Of a DNA stretch of 35,728 nt, positions 7,409 to 16,793 are shown piece by piece. Position numbers and translations under genes: made by a program. The notes below the pieces were generated by a model. That model saw only the letters and a program-made list of their open reading frames with translations. It searched no databases and was not told where the DNA came from. Source of the DNA: a virus (lineage: Duplodnaviria > Caudoviricetes); IMG/VR virus record IMGVR_UViG_3300031452_000061, positions 1 to 35,728 of that record; one strand, 5' to 3'. The number at the start of each line of letters is the position of its first letter. Positions within the stretch are counted from its first letter, which is position 1.

Positions 7409-7620
7409 ACGGGCAAGGCGGTTTCATTGACGATCGCGACGCCTATACGCCAGCCGAACCCGCCATCGGCGACGACTTCCCGTGCGCGACCTGCGGCGAG
7501 CGCCCACCGCGACCAGGGCGGGTGCGCGGCCAGGAGTGCCTCGACGCCGAATGGTTGCGCCTGCGCGCCAAGGACCCGGCGTGGTACGAGTGCCACAAGG
7601 ATTATCACCGGCACGGCTAG
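7405..7620 (+). CDS. Small hypothetical protein
   Basis: GTGA overlap with the upstream stop; CATC..C motif. Confidence 0.4.
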   Translation: MNGQGGFIDDRDAYTPAEPAIGDDFPCATCGERPPRPGRVRGQECLDAEWLRLRAKDPAWYECHKDYHRHG

Positions 7621-7655
7621 GGCGTCTGTCTGTTGAGGGAATGTGATGAAACGAT

Positions 7656-7925
7656 ATGACGGGTAAGTGGGAGCGCAAGAGTCCGGCTCTGTGGACGTAT
7701 CGGCTCGTGGGCGCCACGCGACCATATGGGTATGTCGGGAAATACAAGGGGTCCGGGCGCTCCGACGCCGACTGGGACGCGACGGTCACAGCACACCACC
7801 TTGACGACGATGTGACCATCGCCGAGGGCGTATCGTTCGATGACGCCAGGGCGGCGCTGGAGCAGCACGCCCAGCAGCATGCCGACCCGGTGGACGGAGC
7901 GGGAGATAGGGGCACAGGTCTATGA
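7656..7925 (+). CDS. Hypothetical protein
   Basis: 89-aa ORF coupled (ATGA) to the next gene. Confidence 0.55.
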   Translation: MTGKWERKSPALWTYRLVGATRPYGYVGKYKGSGRSDADWDATVTAHHLDDDVTIAEGVSFDDARAALEQHAQQHADPVDGAGDRGTGL

Positions 7926-8188
7926 ACGCGGCGTCCTTGATCCGCTGGATTGAGCGCTCACCGTACCTCCACGAGGCGCGTGTGACAACCGCCGCCGGCG
8001 CGGACCTATACGTCGGCTACGTCGCCGTCACGCCGGACGCCGCTGTGTGGCGCGGCTATGTTGGCCGGGGGTTCGTCCTGCTCGGGATCGGGCCGTGCGC
8101 GGTGATGGAGCGCGCCGTCGAGCAACGGGTCGCGGAGCTTCTGCAAGGCGACGACACGGCGACTAAAGGTTGTTTAGACACGAAGTGA
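7922..8188 (+). CDS. Hypothetical protein
   Basis: 88-aa ORF, translationally coupled to the previous gene. Confidence 0.55.
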   Translation: MNAASLIRWIERSPYLHEARVTTAAGADLYVGYVAVTPDAAVWRGYVGRGFVLLGIGPCAVMERAVEQRVAELLQGDDTATKGCLDTK

Positions 8189-8248
8189 CAAGGAAGGGGG
8201 GAGATTAGTTATGAGAATGTTTGTTCTCACAGAAAACACGAGGGATGT

Positions 8249-8782
8249 ATGGTCACGAAAACGGAAGTGACTTCCGAAAGTAGCCACCGCACGGGTCGGC
8301 CCACACGGTTCAGCGATGACACGATGAACGTCCTAGCCGGCCTGTATCCCCATGTGCATAGTCGGCGTGGACTCGTAGACATCGCCTATCGCCAGCGCGC
8401 GATCGGGGTTCTCAAGGACATCCCTGCATGTCACTGGTTATGCGACTTTACGGCTATGAAGCAAGGCGGCGAGAACTCCTGGCAACCCGGTATTCTGACG
8501 GAACTGGGGCGCATTGACGACCTTGACACCCTGATCGCCGCCGCTATACAGGTATGTGAGCGTCAGCCGTCGCGTGAGGACGCGATACACCTGATACGTC
8601 GGTACCGGACCACGCCGCGTCCTCCTCTACCCGATCAGCTAGCCACCGAGATACTGGGCGCCATCAACGGCTTTATCCGGCGTTATCCGGGGACCACCTG
8701 GCCCGCGGTCCACGACGCCCTGGACCTCGCACAAGTCGCCGTACGTGGCGCACAACAGGACGTTGAGGATCGCCAGCCCTAG
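8249..8782 (+). CDS. Hypothetical protein directly upstream of the recombinase
   Basis: 177-aa ORF, SD GAGGG, 11 nt from the recombinase start. Confidence 0.65.
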   Translation: MVTKTEVTSESSHRTGRPTRFSDDTMNVLAGLYPHVHSRRGLVDIAYRQRAIGVLKDIPACHWLCDFTAMKQGGENSWQPGILTELGRIDDLDTLIAAAIQVCERQPSREDAIHLIRRYRTTPRPPLPDQLATEILGAINGFIRRYPGTTWPAVHDALDLAQVAVRGAQQDVEDRQP

Positions 8783-8793
8783 AGGGGGGAGTC

Positions 8794-9798
8794 ATGACCA
8801 CGACATCGACCACCATCAGCGACACCGTAGACGAGGGCTATCCTGGCGCGCGCGTGGTCGCCGCGGCGGTCGTCGCGCCGCTGGACCAACGTCCCGCCGC
8901 TGTCTATCTGGCGCGGTTGGCCGTGGGCGCGCGCCGCTCCCAGCTCGGCGCGCTGCGCACCATGGCCCACCTCCTGGCCGGCGCGGACGCCGACCCCTTC
9001 ATCCTGCCCTGGCAGCAGTTGGGCTATCAGCACACCCAGGCGCTGCGCACGCAGCTTGCCGCGCGGTATGCACCGGCCACCTGCAACCGCATGCTGGCGG
9101 CCCTACGTGGCGTGCTGATGGAGTGCTGGCGCTTGGGCCTGATGGACGCCGAGGCGCGGGCGCGAGCGTCCGATGTGGCGGCGGTGCGCGGGACCACGAT
9201 CCCACGCGGTCGCGCGCTCAAGGGCGGCGAGCTGCGCGCCCTCTTCGCCGTCTGCTCTGATGGGAGCGCGGCAGGGGCGCGGGACGCGGCTCTCCTGGCG
9301 ACGCTCTACGCTGGTGGCTTGCGTCGCTCCGAGGCCGTCGCGCTCGACCTCGCCGACTACGACCCGACCTATAGCGCCGACGCGAGCGCGCTGACGATCC
9401 GACATGGCAAGGGGCATAAGGAACGCGTCGTCTACGTCCAGAACGGGGCGCGCACGGCCATGGGCGACTGGCTGGCGATCCGGGGTGACGAGCTGGGGCC
9501 GCTCTTCCTGCGGCTGCGCAAGGGCGGCGTGCTCGTACCAACCCGCTTGACCGACCAGGCCGTACTGGACATTCTCCAGCGGCGCTGCGTGCAGGCCGGG
9601 GTGAAGGCGTGCTCACCACACGACTTACGGCGCACGATGATTAGCGACTTGCTCGACGCCGGCGCGGACATCTCGACCGTGCAGAAGCTGGCCGGCCACA
9701 GCAACGTCACCACCACCCAGCGCTATGACCGCCGCGGCGAGGCCGTCAAAGCGAAGGCGGCCGGATTGCTGCATGTGCCCTATGGTAGGCAGGGGTAA
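8794..9798 (+). CDS. Tyrosine recombinase (XerC/D-like integrase/resolvase)
   Basis: RDAALLATLYAGGLRRSE (catalytic R), GKGHKER (K), PHDLRR (HxxR), LAGHSNVTTTQRY (H, Y). Confidence 0.95.
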   Translation: MTTTSTTISDTVDEGYPGARVVAAAVVAPLDQRPAAVYLARLAVGARRSQLGALRTMAHLLAGADADPFILPWQQLGYQHTQALRTQLAARYAPATCNRMLAALRGVLMECWRLGLMDAEARARASDVAAVRGTTIPRGRALKGGELRALFAVCSDGSAAGARDAALLATLYAGGLRRSEAVALDLADYDPTYSADASALTIRHGKGHKERVVYVQNGARTAMGDWLAIRGDELGPLFLRLRKGGVLVPTRLTDQAVLDILQRRCVQAGVKACSPHDLRRTMISDLLDAGADISTVQKLAGHSNVTTTQRYDRRGEAVKAKAAGLLHVPYGRQG

Positions 9799-9857
9799 CG
9801 GGAGTGGCTATGTGCATCTTGGCGTAAGGCCACATCTAGGGGCCGGTGCTGCATATA

Positions 9858-10547
9858 ATGGATGCAGCACCGCACCACATAAACAAGACCCTGTACAGAA
9901 CAAAGGCCGTAGTAATTGAAATGCTAGAGCGTGACTATATCTTCCTGAGTGCACAGCAGTTTGCCGAGTGTACAGGTGACATTGCGGCTCCTTGCCCACG
10001 GTGTGCGTCGCTCGCCCGCATGGATGCTCCTAAAGAGACCAAGGGCGTTATTGCCGGAAAGATGACGCGCGTCAGATACATCGTGTGTGGGAAGTGCGGA
10101 TTACGGCTTTGTCTCCCTGGTACAGAGGATCTCGGAAACGACGATCACAAAGAGCACGCCCGTCGCGCCCGTCATTTCGAGAGGACGTTTGATACACGAA
10201 CCCATGTGGAAAAGCAACGCGTCAAGAAGGCTATTGAAACGCGCATCCGTCAGTGGATGGCTGATAATGATCTTGCGCCTACAGTCGATGGGATAACAGG
10301 CGTAGACCTGCGCTCCTTACGACATGAGGCGCTAGCCAAGATGTACTACGGAGCCACAGAGGACCTGGAACTCGTAGAACCCGAGATACGAACGGTCGGC
10401 GACGTTAGGCGTAAACTGGACAGTATCCTGGAACGTATAGTCACGAGTTCCCCTGCGTTTATCGAACAAGATGAGATCGCCGCCCGCTCCTGGACCACCA
10501 TCACGCGCGACGGAGTCGCCGCCCCGATGGCTATTGACAGCAATTAA
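9858..10547 (+). CDS. Hypothetical Zn-ribbon protein (lower GC)
   Basis: CPRC...CGKC pairs; start uncertain (9846 or 9858). Confidence 0.6.
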   Translation: MDAAPHHINKTLYRTKAVVIEMLERDYIFLSAQQFAECTGDIAAPCPRCASLARMDAPKETKGVIAGKMTRVRYIVCGKCGLRLCLPGTEDLGNDDHKEHARRARHFERTFDTRTHVEKQRVKKAIETRIRQWMADNDLAPTVDGITGVDLRSLRHEALAKMYYGATEDLELVEPEIRTVGDVRRKLDSILERIVTSSPAFIEQDEIAARSWTTITRDGVAAPMAIDSN

Positions 10548-10727
10548 CCCATTCGTATATACTTACAATAGTACATTAATAGATTGGGGCGAGCGCGGCA
10601 ATTATACCGTGCCCCCGCCGGCACCGAGTGGGATAGGCTAGCCGAAGCCCTTGGAGATGCCCACCACCATGATCCCCTAGGACACTGTGTCCTTTTTGGG
10701 GCTTTTTTCATGAGCAAGGGCACCCAC

Positions 10728-10761
10728 CACCGCCAAACGGTCACGTTATGGCGGTTTTTTT
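10728..10761 (+). terminator. Rho-independent terminator
   Basis: ACCGCCA...TGGCGGT stem followed by a T run. Confidence 0.5.
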
Positions 10762-10792
10762 GTGCCCGGATTCGCTTGCAGGAGCATCCGAG

Positions 10793-11011
10793 ATGAGAGA
10801 CAAAGCCGAACGACGCGGCCGACCCGTCACGCCGCTACCTAAGCGCAGTCATGGCTTGCACATCCCCGTCACCGAACAGCACTTTGAGATGCTCCGACGT
10901 GAGGCTGAGGCGGCCGGCTACTTCGACCTAGCGCCCTACATCCGCGAGGTCAAGCTACAAGAGCCTCCACTGATCTGGGTGCGCTCAACAGGAGGCTCGA
11001 CCGCCGCATAG
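10793..11011 (+). CDS. RHH/MobC-like small DNA-binding protein
   Basis: RGRP..KRSHGLHIPVTEQHFEMLRREAEAAGYFDLAPYIRE; SD AGGAG. Confidence 0.65.
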   Translation: MRDKAERRGRPVTPLPKRSHGLHIPVTEQHFEMLRREAEAAGYFDLAPYIREVKLQEPPLIWVRSTGGSTAA

Positions 11012-11056
11012 TCAGCAGTAGCCAACACGAACATTCTCCCCCGTTTTCTAACGCAC

Positions 11057-11087
11057 AACCGCCGTCCAATTGGACGGCGGTTTTTTG
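11057..11087 (+). terminator. Perfect palindrome / terminator
   Basis: AACCGCCGTCCAATTGGACGGCGGTT (26-bp palindrome) running into a T tract. Confidence 0.6.
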
Positions 11088-11324
11088 TTGCCCTTCGGCA
11101 CGCCTTTTGTGAGGAGTCCCCATGGATACCGACATTGTTCAACAGTTGATTGACCTGACTGACGGTAGCTATTACGTTCCCGACGATGCCCTCTCGCCTC
11201 TTGCACGAGAGATTCTGCGCGAATTCGTCACCCCCATTGTCGGCCATTATGGTCGTGTGGTGTGGCCCATTGGAGACCTCACAACCGACCTGTAACGACG
11301 ATGCGAGGGCAGAGCACTTCCCCA

Positions 11325-11372
11325 GACGCACTAAGGGCCTGTGGCTGCTTACAGGCCCTTAGTGCGTCTTTT
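11325..11372 (+). terminator. Long hairpin / terminator upstream of the replicase operon promoter
   Basis: AGACGCACTAAGGGCCTGT-GGCTGCTT-ACAGGCCCTTAGTGCGTCT, a 19-bp perfect stem followed by T residues. Confidence 0.65.
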
Positions 11373-11398
11373 CTAGCCAGGCCACCGATTACTGTCTA

Positions 11399-11435
11399 TT
11401 GACCCTGTACGTGTTTATCACATATAATACACGTA
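11399..11435 (+). promoter_or_regulatory. Sigma70-type promoter for a leaderless transcript, with overlapping operator
   Basis: TTGACC (11399-11404), 18 nt, TATAAT (11423-11428), then ATG 6 nt later. The inverted repeat TACGTGT...ACACGTA brackets the -10. Confidence 0.7.
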
Positions 11436-11617
11436 TGAAGAAAAACGCCACGTTCAGTCTAAGCGAGGAGGCGATACGCCTGCTTGCTGTGCTCGCCGCG
11501 AATAGGGGTATTAGTCGGACGGCCGTTCTAGAGTTGCTGATCAGGGAAGCGACGCGCAAAGAGGAGAAAGATCGTCGCGCGGCGGTAGAGATGACGCCGG
11601 TAGAGATGACCCGATAA
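11435..11617 (+). CDS. CopG-like RHH repressor
   Basis: MKKNATFSLSEEAIRLLAVLAANRGISRTAVLELLIRE is a classic RHH. Confidence 0.8.
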   Translation: MKKNATFSLSEEAIRLLAVLAANRGISRTAVLELLIREATRKEEKDRRAAVEMTPVEMTR

Positions 11618-11778
11618 GCAAAGGCGTCACCTGCTCGCGACCATCACACCGCGACCACATGACGCCTAAAACGTGTCAGGGAGTTGAGCCCCTGACGTAG
11701 CCCAACGAAGAGGACGATTATGGCAATCTTCGCCAGACCTGTATCCATTTTACCACAACACCGCAAGGGCGGCGCCTT

Positions 11779-14700
11779 ATGGTAGCGCAGACACTCTCTG
11801 CCCTTGAAGTAGCGCGCGCCACCAAGACCCGCGGCTACCCCCCATTGCCCGTCGCTTTTAAAGGTAAAAATCCATTGCCCACGGGGTGGCCAACGCTTGT
11901 CCTCGACGACGATGACCTACCCGCGCACTTCCCCGAAAATGAACGACCGCTCAATGTTGGCGGATTGCTGGGTGAGTTAGCGGGCGGCCGCGTCGATGTA
12001 GACATCGACGCACGCGAAGCGTGGAGCATCGCCGCCCAGTTTCTCCCCCCGACGGAGGCCGTATTTGGACGGCGCAGCTGCCCACGGTCACATTACGAAT
12101 TTGTCGTCACCAGCGGGCCGATCCCGCGTATTGTAGAGTACCTGGACCCCCTGCTTGAAAAGGGAGATGCGCGCGTCAAGTTAGTCGAGATTCGTGGCAC
12201 CGCACACCACACCGTCATGCCCGGATCGATCCATAGTTCGGGCGAAGAAGTCTGTTGGAACCAGGACGGAGAACCAGGCGCGGTCGATGCCCCGGATCTT
12301 GAACAACGCGCGGCCACGCTCGCCTCTGCCACACTGTTAGCACGCTACTGGCCAACGGGTGCGCGGCATGATACGGCTTTGGCGTTGGCTGGGGCGCTCC
12401 TGCGCAACGGCTGGACTCCTGAGCGGGCCGAACAATTCATCGTCGCCGTCGCCTCGGCCGCTGGCGACACCGATGAGCGCGACCGGCGCACGGCCGTGCA
12501 AACCACCGCCACGAGGCTCACAGCCGGTGAGACCGTGTTCGGTATCCCGCGTCTTAAAGAGTTGCTCGATGCACGGGTGGTTGATCGCGTCGTCGCGTGG
12601 TTACACCTTGTTGAGGTGGCCAAACCACGCACCGCGACCCCAGGCGCGGTGCGACCGCCGACGAGGGCGGATGCCCCAGGGGCTGTACCGGAGGTTGGAC
12701 GATTCCACCTCACAGACCTCGGCAATTCAGAGCGCCTGGTAGCGCAACACGGGGAACGCCTGCGTTATTGCTACGCGTGGAATAAATGGCTGGTTTATGA
12801 CGAAGGCTACTGGCGCGCTGATCGTCCCGGCTTGGTCGTCGCGTTGGCCAAAGAAACCGTCCGCTCAATCTACAAAGAGGCGGCCGACGAGCCCGATGAC
12901 AAGGTGCGTGCCGCTATAGCCTCCTGGGCTAAGGCGTCTGAATCACATAGCCGTATTGGCGCCATGGTCGCGCTGAGTCAGTCCGCGCTTCCCATCGACC
13001 ACACCGAGTTCGACCGCGACCCCTGGCTACTCAATTGCCGCAACGGGACGCTCGATCTCAATCGCGGCATCTTGCGACCGCATGACCCCGCGGACTGGCT
13101 GACTAAGCAGGTGCCGCTGGCGTACGACCCTGACGCCCAGGCTCCCATGTGGCGCGCGTTCCTGCATTCCATCATGGGCGAGGACGACGACCTCGTCGCC
13201 TTCCTGAAACGTGCGGCGGGGTATTGCCTCTCGGGCAGCACGCGCGAACAGTGCCTATTCTTTATGCACGGCAGCGGCAGCAACGGCAAGAGCACATTCC
13301 TCCTGACGCTGCAATCCGTATTAGGCCCGTACGCCATGCAAGCCAAAAGTGATCTGCTCATGGCCAAGGCCCACCAGGACCACCCGACCGAGGTCGCGGA
13401 CCTGTTCGGCGCGCGCCTGGTCGTCTCTATTGAGGTGGAAGACGGGAAACGCTTTTCTGAGTCGATGCTCAAGCAGCTGACCGGCGGTGATAAGATACGC
13501 GCCCGCCGTATGCGCGAGGACCACTGGGAGTTCGACCCGACCCACAAGATTATGCTCGCAGCCAACCATCGCCCCGCTGTACGCGGGACCGATCACGCCG
13601 TGTGGCGCCGCATCCATCTCATCCCGTTTACGACGACGATCCCGGAGGAACAGAAGGATGTGAACCTGCCCGAGAAGTTGAGGGCCGAGGCGCAGGGCAT
13701 CTTGACATGGATGGTCGAGGGGGGTGCCGAGTACATGCGCGCCGGCCTGCGCGTTCCGGGGGCAGTGCGGGCGGCGACCGCGGGCTATCGCGAGCAGATG
13801 GACCTCATCGGCCAGTTTCTGAACGATCGTTGCGACGTCGGCCCCACCCTCAAGGACACGACCGCCAACCTGTACCGCGCATATTGCGCCTACTGCGAGG
13901 ATAACGGCGAGAAAAGCGTGTTAAGCAACCGGCGGTATAGCGATGCGCTGACCGAGCGGGGTTTCGCGTTAGTGCGCGGCACGGGCGGGGTGCACCTGCG
14001 GAAAGGGCTGCGATTACGCCCCGACGTGCCACCGGACGATGGGTGGTTTGACGATGGGGCAGCTGGGTTTACCCCCTCACCACCCTCCGCCCCACCCTTT
14101 AGTGACGTAAGTGACGTGAGTGACGTTAAATCTACTATAAACGGGGATTTAATTTCTCACGAGGGTGTTATACCGAAAATAACGTCACTCACGTCACTTA
14201 CGTCACTATCAGCCAAGGAGTGGGTCCACGATACCGAAAACCATCCTAACGATGAAGGGGGCGCTGTTAACCTCGTTAACCTCGTTAACCTCGTTAACCT
14301 TTCCGTACCCAACCCACGCGGGCGCGCAGGTGCACACACACACGCACGCACACAAGATGAGTGTGAAAAGGTTAAGGAGGTTAAGGAGGTTAATCCAGAA
14401 GAGGTCGTGGGCGGGGCTGGCAAGGAGTCGTTACGTCCGTGCCCCGGCTGCGGGACACCAACCCTTCACGGCTGGACGTGTCGGGGGTGTCGCCTCGGGC
14501 AGCCGCCCGCGACGGCGGTTGTAGAGTCGGCAGACCGGCCGGTGGAGCCGTCAGACGCGCCTAGCGCCATCCCCGCCGCCGTGGTGCGCGACGAGGGGCC
14601 AGCGGCGCCCTACACGATGCTGACGACGGCCCGCGACGTTGAGGACATGCTGACGAGCGTGCGCGCCGCGCCAATCGTCGGCCTGGACACGGAAACGACG

Positions 14701-16341
14701 GGACTTGACGCGCTGACCGACCGCCTGCGCTTGATCCAGATTGCGACGCCGGGTGCGGTGTACATGCTCGATGCGTTCGCGCTCGACCCGCGGCTGATTG
14801 CGCCGCTCCTACAGGGAGACGGGCCGCTAGTGGTCGGGCACAACCTCAAGTTTGATGTGAGGTTCTTAGAAAGCGCCGGCATTCCGCTACCAGCGGGACA
14901 GCGCCTGTTCGATACGATGCTCGGCGCACAACTTCTGGGCGCGGGCGCGGGGCCGTCGGTTAGGTATGGTCTGAAGGACGTCGCCGAGCGTGCGTTGGGC
15001 CTCACAATAAGCAAGGATGAGCAGAAATCGGATTGGTCGGGTCCACTGCGCCCAGAGCAACTGAGCTACGCGGCGAAGGACGCCGCTATCCTGCCCGCGT
15101 TGGCGGAGCGCTTACGCGGCGACATTGACAGCGCCGGCCTCCAACGCGTGTGCGATATAGAGATGCGCGCGCTCCCGGCCATCGCGTGGGTCGAGCAGAC
15201 GGGCGTGCCGTTCGACGCGACCGCCTGGACACGGCTGGCCGGCGCGGCGTCGGCCGAACTGGTCGAGGTAGAACGTGAACTGACGGCGGTCACAGGCACG
15301 GGCGGATTGTTCGAGGGGAGCAGTACCGTCAACTGGGGGAGCGCGCCGCAGGTGGCCGCTCTGTTGCGTGCGCGGGGGCATACGGTCACATCGACCGATG
15401 AGGCGGCGCTGCTAGAACTCGCGGAGGCCGGTGAACCCCTCGCCGCGCTGCTGCTGCGCCATCGTGACGCGGCGAAGCGGGCGAGCACCTATGGCGCTGA
15501 CTATCTCAAGTGGGTGAATCCGCGCACGGGTCGCATCCACCCGCATTTCGGCCAACTCGGTTCCGACGCCGGGCGCATGACTTGTTCGTCGCCTAATCTT
15601 CAGCAGGTGCCACGCGACAAGCGGTATCGGGCGTGCATCCGACCGAAGGAGGGGCGTGTTCTGGTCAAATGCGATTATGCCCAAATCGAGCTCCGCCTGG
15701 CTGCCGAGATCGCTGGCGACAAGAGCCTCATTGAGGCGTTCCAGCGCGGGGACGACTTGCACGCGGTGACGGCGCGTACGGTACTCGGCAAGACGGACGT
15801 GACCAAGGATGACCGCCAGGCGGCCAAGGCCGTGAACTTCGGCCTGCTCTACGGCATGGGCGCGGAGGGGTTACGCGTCTACGCGAAAAACGAGTATGGG
15901 GTCCAATGGTCCTCAGAAAAGGCGGCGGCTGTGCGCGCCAAGTTCTTCGACACGTACCGGGGCCTGAAAGCGTGGCATCGCAGCCAGCCGGACGGCGCGC
16001 TCGACACCTCTACGGTGGCGGGTCGCCGCCGAAGCGGTATCACGGGTTTTACTCAGAAGCTCAATAGCCCGGTACAGGGCTCAGGCGCTGATGGTCTCAA
16101 GGCCGCGCTGGGACTGTTAGGGGAGACACGGGGGCGTGTCTCGTCTGCGGCGCCCGTTAACGTGGTTCACGACGAGATAGTGGTCGAGTGCGACCGTGAC
16201 CAGGCCGAAGAGGCGCGGGCCTGGGTCATGGACGCGATGCGGAGCGGTATGGAAACCGTCTTACATCGCGTGCCGGCCGAGGTCGAGGCGACTATTTGTA
16301 GCGATTGGTCGGGAACGGCGCTCAACGGAGGTGCGCCGTAA
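11779..16341 (+). CDS. Multidomain replicase: AEP Prim-Pol + PriCT + D5/P4-type SF3 helicase + 3'-5' exonuclease + family A DNA polymerase
   Basis: Prim-Pol: LNVGGLLG, VDVDID, SH, VMPGSIH. PriCT: RHDTALALAG. D5_N: TDLGNSERL, LLNCRNGTLDL. Walker A: GSGSNGKST; KQLTGGD. Exonuclease: LDTETTG, HNLKFD, YAAKDA. PolA: PNLQQVP, DYAQIELR, KAVNFGLLYG, VHDEI. Confidence 0.95.
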   Translation: MVAQTLSALEVARATKTRGYPPLPVAFKGKNPLPTGWPTLVLDDDDLPAHFPENERPLNVGGLLGELAGGRVDVDIDAREAWSIAAQFLPPTEAVFGRRSCPRSHYEFVVTSGPIPRIVEYLDPLLEKGDARVKLVEIRGTAHHTVMPGSIHSSGEEVCWNQDGEPGAVDAPDLEQRAATLASATLLARYWPTGARHDTALALAGALLRNGWTPERAEQFIVAVASAAGDTDERDRRTAVQTTATRLTAGETVFGIPRLKELLDARVVDRVVAWLHLVEVAKPRTATPGAVRPPTRADAPGAVPEVGRFHLTDLGNSERLVAQHGERLRYCYAWNKWLVYDEGYWRADRPGLVVALAKETVRSIYKEAADEPDDKVRAAIASWAKASESHSRIGAMVALSQSALPIDHTEFDRDPWLLNCRNGTLDLNRGILRPHDPADWLTKQVPLAYDPDAQAPMWRAFLHSIMGEDDDLVAFLKRAAGYCLSGSTREQCLFFMHGSGSNGKSTFLLTLQSVLGPYAMQAKSDLLMAKAHQDHPTEVADLFGARLVVSIEVEDGKRFSESMLKQLTGGDKIRARRMREDHWEFDPTHKIMLAANHRPAVRGTDHAVWRRIHLIPFTTTIPEEQKDVNLPEKLRAEAQGILTWMVEGGAEYMRAGLRVPGAVRAATAGYREQMDLIGQFLNDRCDVGPTLKDTTANLYRAYCAYCEDNGEKSVLSNRRYSDALTERGFALVRGTGGVHLRKGLRLRPDVPPDDGWFDDGAAGFTPSPPSAPPFSDVSDVSDVKSTINGDLISHEGVIPKITSLTSLTSLSAKEWVHDTENHPNDEGGAVNLVNLVNLVNLSVPNPRGRAGAHTHARTQDECEKVKEVKEVNPEEVVGGAGKESLRPCPGCGTPTLHGWTCRGCRLGQPPATAVVESADRPVEPSDAPSAIPAAVVRDEGPAAPYTMLTTARDVEDMLTSVRAAPIVGLDTETTGLDALTDRLRLIQIATPGAVYMLDAFALDPRLIAPLLQGDGPLVVGHNLKFDVRFLESAGIPLPAGQRLFDTMLGAQLLGAGAGPSVRYGLKDVAERALGLTISKDEQKSDWSGPLRPEQLSYAAKDAAILPALAERLRGDIDSAGLQRVCDIEMRALPAIAWVEQTGVPFDATAWTRLAGAASAELVEVERELTAVTGTGGLFEGSSTVNWGSAPQVAALLRARGHTVTSTDEAALLELAEAGEPLAALLLRHRDAAKRASTYGADYLKWVNPRTGRIHPHFGQLGSDAGRMTCSSPNLQQVPRDKRYRACIRPKEGRVLVKCDYAQIELRLAAEIAGDKSLIEAFQRGDDLHAVTARTVLGKTDVTKDDRQAAKAVNFGLLYGMGAEGLRVYAKNEYGVQWSSEKAAAVRAKFFDTYRGLKAWHRSQPDGALDTSTVAGRRRSGITGFTQKLNSPVQGSGADGLKAALGLLGETRGRVSSAAPVNVVHDEIVVECDRDQAEEARAWVMDAMRSGMETVLHRVPAEVEATICSDWSGTALNGGAP
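14100..14208. repeat. Iteron set 1: inverted arrays of 9-mers (putative replication origin)
   Basis: AGTGACGTN x3 (14101-14127) and its inverse x3 (14181-14207) form a perfect 29-bp inverted repeat around a 51-bp AT-rich core. Confidence 0.85.
14266..14393. repeat. Iteron set 2: inverted arrays of 9-mers (second putative origin)
   Basis: GTTAACCTC x4 (14266-14301, last copy ends in T) faces AAAGGTTAA-GGAGGTTAA-GGAGGTTAA (14367-14393) around a CGCG/CACA-rich core. Confidence 0.8.
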
Positions 16342-16413
16342 TCTGAAACCCAGGCTGTCCGCATAACCATTGTCCCCTACAGCTAGCGACTTACCCGTAG
16401 TTGTAGCGACTCA

Positions 16414-16443
16414 GAAGACCCGCCAATGTTGGCGGGTCTTTTC
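16414..16443 (+). terminator. Rho-independent terminator after the replicase
   Basis: AAGACCCGCCAA-TG-TTGGCGGGTCTT followed by TT. Confidence 0.7.
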
Positions 16444-16460
16444 AATATGGAGACCTTGCC

Positions 16461-16793
16461 ATGAGATTAGGAGTAAAATCCGCGCGCGTCCTGGTGTGGG
16501 AAGAGCGTGGGCGTATCTACGTGCTGTGGCGTAGCGCCGCGTATTGGGCCGACATCAAGCAATCGCTCAAGGAAACGTTCCCGCGTCATAGTCAAATCAG
16601 CTATGACGCGGGCCGGCAACGGTGGAGCGTGCCGGCGACGATGCGTCAACGGTTGGAGCAATGGCTAGTCTGGACATTCACGCGCGATGTCGTCGAATGG
16701 GTAGACGACGATCCGGTGAGTTTCTCCCGGTACGATCACCCCTCAAAAGAAACCGCCGCAACCGATAGCAGGGCGATGAAGGAGGCGTCATGA
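16461..16793 (+). CDS. Hypothetical protein
   Basis: 110-aa ORF with SD GGAG, coupled to the next gene. Confidence 0.6.
   Translation: MRLGVKSARVLVWEERGRIYVLWRSAAYWADIKQSLKETFPRHSQISYDAGRQRWSVPATMRQRLEQWLVWTFTRDVVEWVDDDPVSFSRYDHPSKETAATDSRAMKEAS

Noticed and set aside
14314-14330. Similarity of the origin core (reverse complement CCTGCGCGCCCGCGTG) to the array repeat; also GCGGGAGCCGCC at about 17496
   Set aside because: Short GC-only matches are expected by chance in this composition; the second is a terminator arm.
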